DNA from: Vicinamibacterales bacterium
GTDB lineage: Bacteria; Acidobacteriota; Vicinamibacteria; Vicinamibacterales; UBA2999
Direction of reading: 5' to 3'
Assembly (NCBI GenBank): GCA_035495795.1
Contig: DATJFF010000163.1
Span: 43,114-107,113 of the forward strand
Length of the DNA stretch: 64,000 nucleotides
In this document: positions 9,383 to 19,335 of the stretch, piece after piece
How the letters are laid out: each line of letters starts with the position of its first letter
Position numbering within the stretch: position 1 is the first letter of the stretch
Notes under the pieces: generated by a model
The model's input: the letters and a program-made list of their open reading frames with translations, nothing else
The model's database searches: none
Told to the model about the DNA's origin: nothing
Made by a program: the position numbers and the translations under genes

Positions 9383-10267
9383 TCAGCGGAGCGTGAACGT
9401 CAGCTCGATGGTGATGATCACGGGAACCGGCTGGCCCTGGCGCATGCCGGGAGAGAAGCGCCAATTGCGAGCCGCCTTGATCGCTTCCTGGTCGAGCCCG
9501 AAGATCGGATCCAGCGACTTGGTGACCTTCACCTCACCCACCGAGCCGTCTGGCATCACGATGCACTCGAGCCACACCGAGCCCTGGACCTTGGCGCGCA
9601 TCGCATCCGCGGTGTATTGCGGCTTCACCTCGCGCAGGACGCGAGGCAAGGTGATCCCGGCGCCAGGCCGGAAAGCGCCGCCGCCGGTGCCGCCGCCGTA
9701 GCCGGGCCCGAGGCCGCTTCCGGTGCCAGGGCCGCTTCCGCTGCCGGTACCGGTTCCCGCTCCCCCTCCCGTCCCGGAGCCCTGCGATTCGCTTACGGGC
9801 GTCTCGCTGAGGATGGCACCGGGCAGCTGCTGTTCTGCCGCAGCCATGTTGACGACGGGCAGGTTCATGGCCGGCAGAGGCTCGGGCTCCTCCACTTTGG
9901 GGGGCGTCGGCGCCGGCTTCTTCTCGACCGGAACCGTGATCTTCTCCTTGCCAGGCACCTCAGCAGGACGGGGGGGCTCGGGGCGCTTGTTGCCGCCGCC
10001 ACCGCCACCACCACCCGGCCCTTCAATCGGCAGGAAGACAAGTCGATCGACCTTCAGTTCGGGCTGAGGCTCGAAGACCCTTGGCTCCGGCCGATACTGA
10101 ATCACCAGGATGGCGATCAGCACCATGATCGCGTGCGCGCCGACCGAGGCACCCGCGCCCACCCGCGACTGACGCTCCTCGAGCGAGAAGTGAATGTCGA
10201 TCGGGCGGTCCGGCCGGACGTGGAGCGGCCCTTCCGCTGCGGGCGTCGCGATGGTCGGGTCAGCCAT
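9383..10267 (-). CDS. tonB: energy transducer TonB
   Basis: N-terminal TM anchor, Pro/Gly-rich spacer (PEPPRPAEVPGKEK...) and a C-terminal TonB-C domain (PQYTADAMRAKVQGSVWLECIVMPDGSV...AARNWRFSPG). Confidence 0.8.
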   Translation of the reverse strand: MADPTIATPAAEGPLHVRPDRPIDIHFSLEERQSRVGAGASVGAHAIMVLIAILVIQYRPEPRVFEPQPELKVDRLVFLPIEGPGGGGGGGGNKRPEPPRPAEVPGKEKITVPVEKKPAPTPPKVEEPEPLPAMNLPVVNMAAAEQQLPGAILSETPVSESQGSGTGGGAGTGTGSGSGPGTGSGLGPGYGGGTGGGAFRPGAGITLPRVLREVKPQYTADAMRAKVQGSVWLECIVMPDGSVGEVKVTKSLDPIFGLDQEAIKAARNWRFSPGMRQGQPVPVIITIELTFTLR

Positions 10268-10371
10268 CAGAACAGTGGTCCCACGGCCATTGTGACCGAG
10301 CGATCTGGCACAAACAAGTGCAAAGCCAGCGCCATGCCGTTTTGACGCCTCAGGTGTACATCCGGCTTCGG

Positions 10372-10380
10372 TGCTACAAT
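10372..10380 (+). promoter_or_regulatory. extended -10 promoter element TGcTACAAT upstream of tatA
   Basis: TGCTACAAT lies 47 nt upstream of the tatA ATG. It is part of a 15-mer also found upstream of the ECF sigma gene. Confidence 0.35.
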
Positions 10381-10426
10381 TTGCGTTGAGGTGGCCGCCC
10401 GCCGTCCTCGAGGAGACTCGCTCACC

Positions 10427-10597
10427 ATGGAGGTCCTAGCCTTGTTCGGACCAATCGGCCTGCCAGAGATGTTGATCATCCTGGCGATCGTCATTCTCAT
10501 CTTCGGCGCCAATCGCCTTCCCGAGCTCGGTCGCGGAATCGGAGCCGGGATCAAGAACTTCAAGTCCTCCATCAAGGACGGTGAGAAGTCCGAGTAA
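10427..10597 (+). CDS. tatA: twin-arginine translocase subunit TatA/E
   Basis: MEVLALFGPIGLPEMLIILAIVILIFGANRLPELGRGIGAGIKNFK is canonical TatA. ATG at 10427 is preceded by GAGGAG. Confidence 0.85.
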   Translation: MEVLALFGPIGLPEMLIILAIVILIFGANRLPELGRGIGAGIKNFKSSIKDGEKSE

Positions 10598-10600
10598 CGC

Positions 10601-12499
10601 CTAGAGCAGCACCCGGGAGTCACCGACTCTCCGCGTGACTCGCTCGCGATCGAGAAACTCCAGCAACGGGATCGCATACTTGCGGGTGATGCCGTAGCGA
10701 TCCTTGAACTGGGCGACGTCAATTCGCACCACCCCGCCCGCGCCCTCGGCCTTGAGGGTCGCCATCTCTCCCTTCAACCGATCCAGCGCCTCCCTGTGCA
10801 CGACCAGGGTATCGAGCCGGACCAGCGTCTTCTGTCGTACCAGGTAGGCCGTCGCGGCCTCGGTCACGTCCGGGGATACGCCGGCGCGCTCCGCGATTGC
10901 CGCGCGGTCGGGCGGCGTCAGGCCGGCCTCGCGATACGCCTCGGCAACCTTTGCCACCGTCTCCTCTCCGCCGGGGAGCGATGCCTTGTGCGAAGGCAGC
11001 GCCAGCCGCTCGCGATCCACGATGGCCTTGGCCACCACGAGCCGGCGCATGGCCGCTTCGAAAATCGCCGGTTCGACTCCCGTGAACACGCGAGCGCGCG
11101 CTTCTTCCCTGGGCAGCCCTTCGCTGATCGGCTGCTGTTCGTGGAATGTCCCGACCAGGCGAAGCACGGCATCGCCGGCCGCCGCGATGGCCGGCGCGGC
11201 CACCAGCAAGTCTCCGACTTGAATCACGGTTCCCAGCCGCTGGAGAGCGGCAACTCTCTCGCCGACTTGCGCCGGGCGAATGCCGGCCCGGGCGACGGCG
11301 TCGCTGACCGGCACCCCACGGAGGCCGCGGTCCCGGATCATCGCCCCGAACGCTGCCGCCGAATCGGCCCCTTGCAGCTCGCGCAGCCGGCCCAGGCCCG
11401 CGGCACTGCGGATGCGCGGCACGGTCGGCGCTGGATCGAGGACGGTCGCCGCGCCAATCGTGAACGGCGGCGAATAGCTGCGGAGGATGACACGATCGCC
11501 ACGCGTCAGCACGGCCGGCTCCTCCAGCCGCAGGCGCGCGAGGGCGCGGCCGCCGCTTTCGATCGCCGGCGCATCGGCTCCGGCAATCGAGATCCGCGCG
11601 AGCACCTCCGCTGTCCCGTGATGGACCCGAACCCGCGCGCCATGGCGGAGCGGTCGTGTCGAGGGCAGCAACTCGATCTCCACGTCTGCCCGCCGCGTGA
11701 CTGCGAGCGTTTGCGGTGCGGCCAGCGTCTGGCCGCGACGGACATCGGCCGCGTCGATGCCCCCAAGGTTGATGGCGGTTCGCTGGCCGGCCGCGACCCT
11801 GTCGCGCGACTGTCCGTGCACCTGGATACCCCTTACCTTCGCCGCCTGGCTTCCCGGCAACAGCGCGAATTCCTCGCCGACGCCAATCTGCCCGCCGACG
11901 AGTGTCCCGGTTACGACGGTGCCGAACCCCTTCATCGTGAAGACGCGGTCGATGGGCAGCCGCACGGCGCCGGCTACCGGCCGCTCGTCAACGCGGGCCG
12001 CAGCCGCTTCGAGCACGCCTCGGAGCTGGTCCAACCCCTCGCCGGTCCGCGCCGACACCTGGACGATCGGTTTGTTCTCGAGGAACGAGCCGCGCACCAG
12101 GTCCGCGACCTCGAGCGCGACCAGCGCCCGCGTGTCATCGTCGGCCGCGTCCTGCTTGGTGATCACCACGCAGCCGTCGGACACGCGGAGCAGGCGGCAA
12201 ATGTCGAAATGCTCGCGGGTCTGCGGCATCACGCTCTCGTCGGCGGCGACGATCAGCATCACGAAGTCCACGCCGCCGACGCCGGCGAGCATCGTGCGGA
12301 CGAACTTTTCATGTCCCGGGACGTCGACGAACGCGACCTGCGCCTCGCCGATTGTCGCGTGCGCGAAGCCAAGCTCGATGGTGATGCCGCGCGCCTTCTC
12401 TTCCTTGAGTCGATCGGGATCGATGCCGGTGAGTGCGTGAACCAGCGTGCTCTTGCCGTGATCGATGTGCCCGGCGGTGCCGACGACGAGGCGAGTCAT
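10601..12499 (-). CDS. selB: selenocysteine-specific translation elongation factor SelB
   Basis: [46 protein letters not shown]-domain. 632 aa with C-terminal winged-helix repeats. Confidence 0.9.
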   Translation of the reverse strand: MTRLVVGTAGHIDHGKSTLVHALTGIDPDRLKEEKARGITIELGFAHATIGEAQVAFVDVPGHEKFVRTMLAGVGGVDFVMLIVAADESVMPQTREHFDICRLLRVSDGCVVITKQDAADDDTRALVALEVADLVRGSFLENKPIVQVSARTGEGLDQLRGVLEAAAARVDERPVAGAVRLPIDRVFTMKGFGTVVTGTLVGGQIGVGEEFALLPGSQAAKVRGIQVHGQSRDRVAAGQRTAINLGGIDAADVRRGQTLAAPQTLAVTRRADVEIELLPSTRPLRHGARVRVHHGTAEVLARISIAGADAPAIESGGRALARLRLEEPAVLTRGDRVILRSYSPPFTIGAATVLDPAPTVPRIRSAAGLGRLRELQGADSAAAFGAMIRDRGLRGVPVSDAVARAGIRPAQVGERVAALQRLGTVIQVGDLLVAAPAIAAAGDAVLRLVGTFHEQQPISEGLPREEARARVFTGVEPAIFEAAMRRLVVAKAIVDRERLALPSHKASLPGGEETVAKVAEAYREAGLTPPDRAAIAERAGVSPDVTEAATAYLVRQKTLVRLDTLVVHREALDRLKGEMATLKAEGAGGVVRIDVAQFKDRYGITRKYAIPLLEFLDRERVTRRVGDSRVLL

Positions 12500-14592
12500 C
12501 GCTTCTTGCGGAACGCCCGCTCCTTCTTCCCAGGACGCTGCGCGCCCCGTCGCGGGCGCTTCACGGTCGTGCGCGGGCGCGCCTCGCGCCGTGGCCGGGC
12601 GGCGCGCACCTTGCGCCCAAGCGGCGCCTCACGCGGCGCGTCGAGCACCTGCTCCACCGCCAGGTCGATCATCCGGCGTTCGAGGTCCACCCGCGCGATG
12701 CGCACCCGCACGTGCTCGCCGAGCCGGTAGATTCGGCCGCCCCGCTCGCCGACCAGCGTGTGCGCCCCTTCGGTGAACCGGTAGTAGTCGTCGGCAAGCG
12801 TCGAGATATGCGCCAGGCCCTCCACGTAATGATCGACGAGCTCGACGAACAGCCCGAACGGCGCGACGCCGGTGATGTAGCCGTCGAAGCTCTCGCCGAC
12901 CTTGTCGGCCATGAACCGCACCTTCTTCCACTGCAGCAGCTCGCGTTCCGCCTCGTCGGCGCGCCGCTCGCGCTCGGAGGTGTGCCGGCCGACCTCCGGC
13001 AGGGACAATTCCAGCGCTTCGCGCCGCTCCTCCGTCACCCGCGTGTGCTGCAACTCGCGGAGCAGCCGATGAACGACCAGATCGGGATAGCGACGGATGG
13101 GGGACGTGAAATGGGTGTAGCTGGCCGCGGCGAGTCCGAAGTGACCCATGTTCACCGAGTCGTAGCGCGCCTTCTGCATCGTCCTCAGCATGAGGAAGGC
13201 GATTGGCCGCTCGACCGGCGTGCCGCGGATCTTCTCGACCAGCGCCTGGAAATGCCGCGGCGTCGGGCCGCCGTCGGGCGCGTTCAGCGAGTAGCCGAGC
13301 GTGCGGATGAAGGCCTCGAACTCCTCGACCTTCAGCGGGTCGGGCTGCTCGTGGATGCGGTAGAGCGACGGCATGCGTGCGTCTTCGAGGTGGCTCGCCA
13401 CCGTCTCGTTAGCGAGCAGCATGAACTCCTCGATCAGCCGGTGGGCAACGTTCCGCTCCGAGGCAATGATGTCTGCGACCAACCCCTCGGTATCCAGGAT
13501 CACCTGAGGTTCCGGAAGGTCGAAGTCGACCGATCCACGCCGGCGACGGGATTGGTTGAGGACCGCGAACAGATCTGCCATCAGCTCGAAGGCCGGGACG
13601 AGCGGCGCGTAGCGCTCGCGAAGCTCCTCGTCGCCCGTCAGGATGGCGTTGACGGAGGTGTAGGTCATGCGCTCGGTGCTGCGAATCACGCCATCGTGGA
13701 TCTCGTGCCTGACGACGTCACCATGCGGCGTCACTTCCATCAGACAGGACTGGACGAGCCGGTCTACGTGCGGCTTGAGGGAACAGAGTCCCGTGGCCAG
13801 CGCCTCGGGAAACATGTGGACGGCGCGCTCGGGAAAGTACACCGACGTGCCGCGCTCGTATGCCTCGCGATCGAGCGCGCTTCCCTCTTTCACGTAGTGC
13901 GACACGTCGGCAATGTGGACGCCCAGCCAGTAATGACCGTTCGGCAGGCGCTCGATCGAGATCGCGTCGTCGAAATCGCGCGCGTGCTCGCCGTCGATTG
14001 TGACCACGATGCGATCGCGAAAATCGGTTCGGCCCTTGATGTCGGCTGGACGCACGGCGGGGCCGATGCGCTCGGCTTCGGCGATCGCTTCGGCGCCGTG
14101 TCCGTCCGGGATGTCGTGCTTGTGCACGATGATCGCGGTGTCTACGCCGGGATCCTCGAGACGGCCGAGCACTTCACTGACCGCGCCCTGCGCCGGCTGT
14201 CCCGCCGCGGCGTGGCGCGTGACCTCGACGACGACCATCTGCCCCGGCTCGGCGTTCGCGATATCGCGGCGCCCGATCAGGACATCGTCCATGCTGCGGC
14301 GGTCGAACGGGACGACATAGCCCTGGCCGACGCGGTCGCGCTCGAAGCGCCCGACGATCTGGCGTGGCGGAGGCGCGCTCGGCCGCGGCGGCCGGCGGCC
14401 CTGCTCGCGCGGCAGCGCGTACAACTGGCCTCGCACGAGCACGAGCGATCCATCGGATAGAAGTTGTCGAAGCGCCCGTTTGGCGCCGGCGCGCTCAAGG
14501 CGCGGAACGCGGAGGAGGCGGAGGATTTCGTCGGCCCGCGCGGGCCGGGAGAGCCGATCCCGTAATCGGGTCAGCAGTTCAGACTTGTTCAC
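12496..14592 (-). CDS. rnr: ribonuclease R
   Basis: RNB catalytic core (DFDDAISIERLPNGHYWLGVHIADVSHYV, FTSPIRRYPDLVVHR), an S1 domain and a basic C-terminal tail. Start set to the GTG at 14592, giving a GTGA overlap with the upstream stop. Confidence 0.9.
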   Translation of the reverse strand: MNKSELLTRLRDRLSRPARADEILRLLRVPRLERAGAKRALRQLLSDGSLVLVRGQLYALPREQGRRPPRPSAPPPRQIVGRFERDRVGQGYVVPFDRRSMDDVLIGRRDIANAEPGQMVVVEVTRHAAAGQPAQGAVSEVLGRLEDPGVDTAIIVHKHDIPDGHGAEAIAEAERIGPAVRPADIKGRTDFRDRIVVTIDGEHARDFDDAISIERLPNGHYWLGVHIADVSHYVKEGSALDREAYERGTSVYFPERAVHMFPEALATGLCSLKPHVDRLVQSCLMEVTPHGDVVRHEIHDGVIRSTERMTYTSVNAILTGDEELRERYAPLVPAFELMADLFAVLNQSRRRRGSVDFDLPEPQVILDTEGLVADIIASERNVAHRLIEEFMLLANETVASHLEDARMPSLYRIHEQPDPLKVEEFEAFIRTLGYSLNAPDGGPTPRHFQALVEKIRGTPVERPIAFLMLRTMQKARYDSVNMGHFGLAAASYTHFTSPIRRYPDLVVHRLLRELQHTRVTEERREALELSLPEVGRHTSERERRADEAERELLQWKKVRFMADKVGESFDGYITGVAPFGLFVELVDHYVEGLAHISTLADDYYRFTEGAHTLVGERGGRIYRLGEHVRVRIARVDLERRMIDLAVEQVLDAPREAPLGRKVRAARPRREARPRTTVKRPRRGAQRPGKKERAFRKKR

Positions 14593-15860
14593 TGGTTCAC
14601 TAATAACACTTGCAGGTCGCCGACGTTGGTGTCGGTGCGGCCCGTCCGCACGGTATCGCCGAGCGGACTGAAGAAATGGAAGGAGTCGTTGCGCGCCAGC
14701 ACGTCGGCCGGTGACGGCAGGCCGCGCGCCGCGGCGCGGGCCAGCGATTGCGCATCGACCCACGCCCCGGCGACATCGGTGAGCCCGTCGATCCCATCGG
14801 TGCCAATACTTGCTGCGACCGCATCGGGCACAGCGCGCATCGGTTCGACGAGCGCCAACGCGAACTCGAGATTTCGTCCGCCGACTCCGTCGGCACGCAC
14901 GGTGACGGTGGTCTCGCCAGACGAAAGCACGCAGACCGGCCCGCGGTGCCGGCGGGCGTCGGCGATGGCTGCCGCGAGCCAGGCTGGCGCGGCATCACGC
15001 GCTTCCCCGGTAATGCGCTCGGAGAGCATCGCCACGTGGTAGCCCTTGGCGTGCGCCGCCGCGGCCGCGGCTGACACCGCATCGGCTGCGCGGCCGACCA
15101 CGAATCCAGCGGCTCGCGCCAGCCGCTGATCGCCGGGCTTCGGCGTATCGGGGATGCGGCCGGCGAGCCCATCGTCGATCCGCGCGCGGAGAGCGGACGG
15201 GAGCCGGGCTGCGACATCGCGTGCCGCGAGCGCATCCGCGACGTCCTGCCATGTCGACGCGTCAGGCCAGCCGGGCCCGGATCCGATGACGCCGAGGTCA
15301 TCGCCCACGACGTCCGAGAGCGCCAGCGTCGTCGTCAGGCCTGGACAGGCTGCCGCGAGCCAGCCGCCTTTGACCAGCGACAGATGCTTGCGGAGCGCGT
15401 TCAACTGATGGATGTCGGCGCCAGCCAGCATGAAGGCCCGCGTCGCGGCCTGTTTGTCCTCGAACCCGAGCCCCTCGGCGGCTTCGGCCATCAGCGCCGA
15501 TGCCCCGCCGGAGACCAGCATCACGAGGTGCTCGTCCGGACCGACGGCCCGGGCCCGCCGCAACGCTTCGCGCGCCGCCTCACGGCTGCGCGCGTCGGGA
15601 AACGGATGACTGCCGGCGATGAAGTCGAGTGTCGCCGGCATGCCCGCCACGGGGTGGGAACCTATAGCCAGCGCCGTCTTCACTCTCAGCGCGGGTAACG
15701 CCATCAGTGCCGTGGCCATTGCCGGTGCGGCTTTGCCTGCGGCGACCATGTGCAGGGGTCCCTGCACGAGCCTCTCCCGTGCCGCGGGCAGTTGCCACGC
15801 GCGCGCGACGACACGGCTCGCCGACACGCCATCCAGGGCGGCGCGAATCACGTCGTGCAA
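14589..15860 (-). CDS. glycerate 2-kinase / hydroxypyruvate reductase family protein (DUF4147 + MOFRL)
   Basis: 423 aa. GKAAPAMA and GGETTV-like (SSGETTVTV) blocks, and a GTDGIDG motif typical of MOFRL glycerate kinases. Confidence 0.75.
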   Translation of the reverse strand: MHDVIRAALDGVSASRVVARAWQLPAARERLVQGPLHMVAAGKAAPAMATALMALPALRVKTALAIGSHPVAGMPATLDFIAGSHPFPDARSREAAREALRRARAVGPDEHLVMLVSGGASALMAEAAEGLGFEDKQAATRAFMLAGADIHQLNALRKHLSLVKGGWLAAACPGLTTTLALSDVVGDDLGVIGSGPGWPDASTWQDVADALAARDVAARLPSALRARIDDGLAGRIPDTPKPGDQRLARAAGFVVGRAADAVSAAAAAAHAKGYHVAMLSERITGEARDAAPAWLAAAIADARRHRGPVCVLSSGETTVTVRADGVGGRNLEFALALVEPMRAVPDAVAASIGTDGIDGLTDVAGAWVDAQSLARAAARGLPSPADVLARNDSFHFFSPLGDTVRTGRTDTNVGDLQVLLVNQ

Positions 15861-15880
15861 ATCAGTTGTAAGGGCTGGGG

Positions 15881-16204
15881 TCAGTGGACTTTGAGGGGGT
15901 CGGACCAGGCAGAAAGCCCGGTGACGACGTCGAACTCGCGGAGGAGCCGGGCCATCACTTGATCGGCGTCGGCCTTGACCGAGAGTTGTTCGAGGTCGGC
16001 CATGACGCGCTGGAGCGCCCGTTCGACCCCGCAGATGGCCTGCTCGGAAAAGTACTCACGCTGTTCCTGCAGGCACTGGTGATGTTTGAGAAATTCTTCG
16101 CGGTAGAACTCGATGAGGGCGGGCGAAATGAGCGGCGTAGATGCAGTGATCGCCGCGCGACGGTCGGTGAGGAAGTTCGGGACGCGGTTCCGTACCCTCG
16201 GCAT
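15881..16204 (-). CDS. hypothetical protein
   Basis: 107-aa ORF with high third-position GC in this frame, sitting in a same-strand gene chain. No recognisable motif. Confidence 0.5.
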   Translation of the reverse strand: MPRVRNRVPNFLTDRRAAITASTPLISPALIEFYREEFLKHHQCLQEQREYFSEQAICGVERALQRVMADLEQLSVKADADQVMARLLREFDVVTGLSAWSDPLKVH

Positions 16205-16243
16205 GTCCGACCCGACCAGTGTAAAGAGTTTGTTAAGCTCTTG

Positions 16244-17134
16244 TCAACGGGCTGCACGCGAGGCGATGACACCGGCGAGAGCGCCTACCGCCAGCCCCGC
16301 GAGTGTCAGCAGCAGAACCTGGGATACCCCGAGGAAGTCGACTGTTCCCCCTGACAGCACCCCCACCGCCGCGCCGCCTAACCACCCCTGAAAGAGCCAG
16401 AAGCCGATCCGGAGCGCAACCAGCGCGACAATCGCCCCGATGCCGCCGAGCAGCAGCCCTTCGATGATGAATGGCCCGCGAATGAAGCCGAGCGGGGCAC
16501 CGACGAGCTGCATGATGTCGAGCTCGTCGCGCCTGGCGTGCAGCGAAAGGCGAACCACGGCCGTCACGGTGAAAGCGGCGCCGAGCAGGAGCACCACAGT
16601 GACCGCAAAACCGGCGGCGCGGATTCCGGCGATGAGCGACAACACCCGCTCGAGCCAGCGCCGATCGAACTGCACGTCGGCAACCCCGTCGAGGGGCGTC
16701 ACGGCCTCGGAGAGGGCCGCAGCGGTGTCGGCCACGCGCGGTCCCGCTTGCAGCCGCACCTCGAACGACGCCGGGAATGGATTGGTGCCGACGGTCGTGC
16801 TGACGTCTGCCAGCTCGGGGAAGTCGGTTCTGAATCTCTCGAGCGCTGCTTCCTTCGAGAGGTAGTCCACGCTCTGCACACCGGCGTCGCCGGACAGCCG
16901 TGTCCGCACCGCCTCGCGTTCCACCTCCTGGATGTCGTCGCGCAGGAACACGGAGAATTCGGCCGACTCCATCCATTGGCGGACGAATTGCTGCAGGTTG
17001 GTGGTGACGAGGAGGAACCCGCCGAGGGCCAGGAAGGCGATGGCAATCGTCCCCACCGACATGATCGCGCCGCGCCCGCCGCGAATCAGGCTGGCGCGAG
17101 CCTCCTCGAATGCGAAGGCGAGGAGGCCCTTCAC
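16244..17134 (-). CDS. ftsX: cell division permease-like protein FtsX
   Basis: GTG at 17134 overlaps the ftsE stop (GTGA). 4-TM FtsX topology with a periplasmic loop. Confidence 0.85.
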   Translation of the reverse strand: MKGLLAFAFEEARASLIRGGRGAIMSVGTIAIAFLALGGFLLVTTNLQQFVRQWMESAEFSVFLRDDIQEVEREAVRTRLSGDAGVQSVDYLSKEAALERFRTDFPELADVSTTVGTNPFPASFEVRLQAGPRVADTAAALSEAVTPLDGVADVQFDRRWLERVLSLIAGIRAAGFAVTVVLLLGAAFTVTAVVRLSLHARRDELDIMQLVGAPLGFIRGPFIIEGLLLGGIGAIVALVALRIGFWLFQGWLGGAAVGVLSGGTVDFLGVSQVLLLTLAGLAVGALAGVIASRAAR

Positions 17135-17799
17135 GCGTGCTTCTCTCCGGTGTCGAGCCGGCCGTGCTCGAGATGGATGCTCCGCTTGCCGATGAAGCGG
17201 ATCAGCTCGGGGTTGTGCGTCGCGACGAGCACGGTGGTCCCGCGCAGGTTGATGTCGCGGAACAGCTTCATGATCTCGATCGACAGGTCGGGATCGAGAT
17301 TGCCGGTCGGCTCGTCGGCGAGGATGAGTTGCGGGTCGTTGACCAGCGCGCGGGCGATCGCGATTCGCTGCTGCTCGCCGCCCGAGAGCTCGGGCGGGAA
17401 GGCTTGCAGGCGATGCTGCAGCCCCACCCACTTCATCACCTGATACGTGCGGCGGCGCTGCTGATCGATCGGGATGCCGAGGACGCGCAGCGCGAACGAC
17501 ACGTTGTCGAACACGGTCTTGGTGGGAATCAGCTTGAAGTCCAGGAACACGAACCCCACCGTGCGCCTGTAGGCCTGGACTTCAGCCGGAGCGAGGCGGG
17601 CGAGGTTGCGTCCGGCCACGACCACGTCCCCTTCGGTCGGGCGCTCCTGGCGCAGCAGCAGCCTGAAGAGCGTCGTCTTGCCGGCGCCGCTCGCGCCGGT
17701 GAGGAAGACGAACTCGCCTTTGTCGATGGTCAGCGTCAGGTTGCGAAGCGCGTAGAACCCCCCGCCGTACGCCTTGCTGAGGTTCTGTGTTTCGATCAC
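17131..17799 (-). CDS. ftsE: cell division ATP-binding protein FtsE
   Basis: Walker A GASGAGKTT, signature LSGGEQQR and Walker [26 protein letters not shown] start. Confidence 0.9.
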   Translation of the reverse strand: MIETQNLSKAYGGGFYALRNLTLTIDKGEFVFLTGASGAGKTTLFRLLLRQERPTEGDVVVAGRNLARLAPAEVQAYRRTVGFVFLDFKLIPTKTVFDNVSFALRVLGIPIDQQRRRTYQVMKWVGLQHRLQAFPPELSGGEQQRIAIARALVNDPQLILADEPTGNLDPDLSIEIMKLFRDINLRGTTVLVATHNPELIRFIGKRSIHLEHGRLDTGEKHA

Positions 17800-19241
17800 G
17801 GCTGACCGATCGCCTTCTTGAGGAGTGCCGTGACCACTTTGGGATCAGCTTTCCCGCGCGAGGCCTTCATGACCTGGCCCACGAGGAACTGGAACTTGCG
17901 GTCCTTCCCTGCCTGGATCTCCGCGATCACGTCCGGGTGGCCGTCGACGACGGCGCGAACGTGCGGCTCCAGCGCACTCGTGTCCGAGACCTGCGCGAGG
18001 CCCTCCGCCTCGACGATCTCGGCAGCCGAGCGGCCTGTTGCCAGCATCGTCGCGAAGACGTCCTTGGCGACGGTCGAACTGATGATGCCGGCATCGACGA
18101 TGCGGATGAGCCCGCCGAGCGCGCCGGGCGACACGGGAAACGCTTCGATCCGCACGTCCTGCTCCTTCATCGTCCGCAGGACCTCGCCCATCACCCAGTT
18201 GCTGGCCGCCTTGGGCTGCGCGGCTGCCGCGGCGGCTGCCTCGAAGTAATCCGACAGGCCCCGCGATTCGGTGAGCAGCGCCGCATCGTAGGCCGGCAAC
18301 GCGTACTCGCGCTCGAGGCGATGGCGCCTTGCTTCAGGCAACTCCGGCAGCGCCTCGCGAAGCGCGTCGCGGCGAGCCGGTTCCACGACCAGCGGCGGAA
18401 GGTCCGGCTCCGGGAAGTACCGGTAGTCGTGCGCTTCCTCCTTGCTGCGCATCGAATACGTCTTCCCCTGCGCCGCGTCGAACAGGCGCGTTTCCTGGAC
18501 GACGCGGCCGCCGTGCTCGACGACGTCGATCTGGCGGCCGATTTCGTACTCGATGGCCTTCTGTAGGTAGCGGAACGAGTTGACGTTCTTGACTTCCGCC
18601 TTGGTGCCGAGGGTGGTGGACCCAATTGGGCGCACCGACACGTTCGCGTCGCAGCGCAGGCTCCCCTCGTCCATGTTGCCGTCGTTGACGCCGAGCCAGA
18701 CCAGCAGCTGCCGCAACCGCTCGAAGAAGAGAGCTGCTTCTTCCGCAGACCGCATGTCGGGCTCCGAGACAATCTCGATCAGCGGCACCCCGCTGCGGTT
18801 GAAATCGAGATACGTCTTCCGATCCGAGTCGGCGAACCCTTCATGCAGCGACTTGCCCGCGTCCTCTTCCATGTGAATGCGGGTCAGGTGGATGAACTTG
18901 CGCTGTCCGTCCACGTCGATCTCGAGACCGCCGCCCCTGGCGAGGGGCCACTCGTACTGCGAAATCTGGTAGCCCTTCGGGAGGTCTGGATAGAAGTAGT
19001 TCTTCCGGGCGAAGACCGAGCGTTCCTGCACGTCGCAGCCGAGCGCGAGCGCCGCGGTGACCGCGAAGTCCACGGCGCGTCCGTTCAGGACCGGGAGCGC
19101 GCCGGGCAACCCGATACAGACCGGGCAGACGTGGGTGTTCGGTGGCGCGCCGAAGTCGGTCGGACAACCGCAGAAGATCTTGGTGCGGGTCAGGAGCTGC
19201 GCGTGAATCTCGAGACCGATGACGGGTTCGAAGCCGGACAT
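17796..19241 (-). CDS. gatB: Asp-tRNA(Asn)/Glu-tRNA(Gln) amidotransferase subunit B
   Basis: MSGFEPVIGLEIHAQLLTRTKIFCGC...NVSVRP... is canonical GatB, 481 aa. Confidence 0.97.
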   Translation of the reverse strand: MSGFEPVIGLEIHAQLLTRTKIFCGCPTDFGAPPNTHVCPVCIGLPGALPVLNGRAVDFAVTAALALGCDVQERSVFARKNYFYPDLPKGYQISQYEWPLARGGGLEIDVDGQRKFIHLTRIHMEEDAGKSLHEGFADSDRKTYLDFNRSGVPLIEIVSEPDMRSAEEAALFFERLRQLLVWLGVNDGNMDEGSLRCDANVSVRPIGSTTLGTKAEVKNVNSFRYLQKAIEYEIGRQIDVVEHGGRVVQETRLFDAAQGKTYSMRSKEEAHDYRYFPEPDLPPLVVEPARRDALREALPELPEARRHRLEREYALPAYDAALLTESRGLSDYFEAAAAAAAQPKAASNWVMGEVLRTMKEQDVRIEAFPVSPGALGGLIRIVDAGIISSTVAKDVFATMLATGRSAAEIVEAEGLAQVSDTSALEPHVRAVVDGHPDVIAEIQAGKDRKFQFLVGQVMKASRGKADPKVVTALLKKAIGQP

Positions 19242-19246
19242 GTGAT

Positions 19247-19277
19247 GAATGCGGAAGAGCGTAACTCTTCCGCATTC
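19247..19277 (-). terminator. perfect 13-bp-stem hairpin between pckA and gatB (possible terminator or processing site; no U-tract)
   Basis: GAATGCGGAAGAG-CGTAA-CTCTTCCGCATTC. It ends 5 nt upstream of the gatB ATG (19241). Confidence 0.4.
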
Positions 19278-19293
19278 TACATGGCCTGCTTTC

Positions 19294-19335
19294 GCCTTGT
19301 GCCTTCTGCCTTGTGCCTTTTGCCTTCTGCCTTTT
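19294..19335 (-). repeat. heptamer tandem array, 6 units GCCTT(C/G/T)T (AGAAGGC in gene sense)
   Basis: GCCTTGT GCCTTCT GCCTTGT GCCTTTT GCCTTCT GCCTTTT. Starts 2 nt after the pckA stop (19338-19340). Confidence 0.9.

Noticed and set aside
10601-12499. A search for a selenoprotein gene (two adjacent in-frame ORFs split by TGA, with a downstream hairpin) prompted by the presence of selB.
   Set aside because: I saw no adjacent same-frame ORF pair with matching protein-family halves anywhere in the window. Selenoprotein genes, if any, must lie elsewhere.
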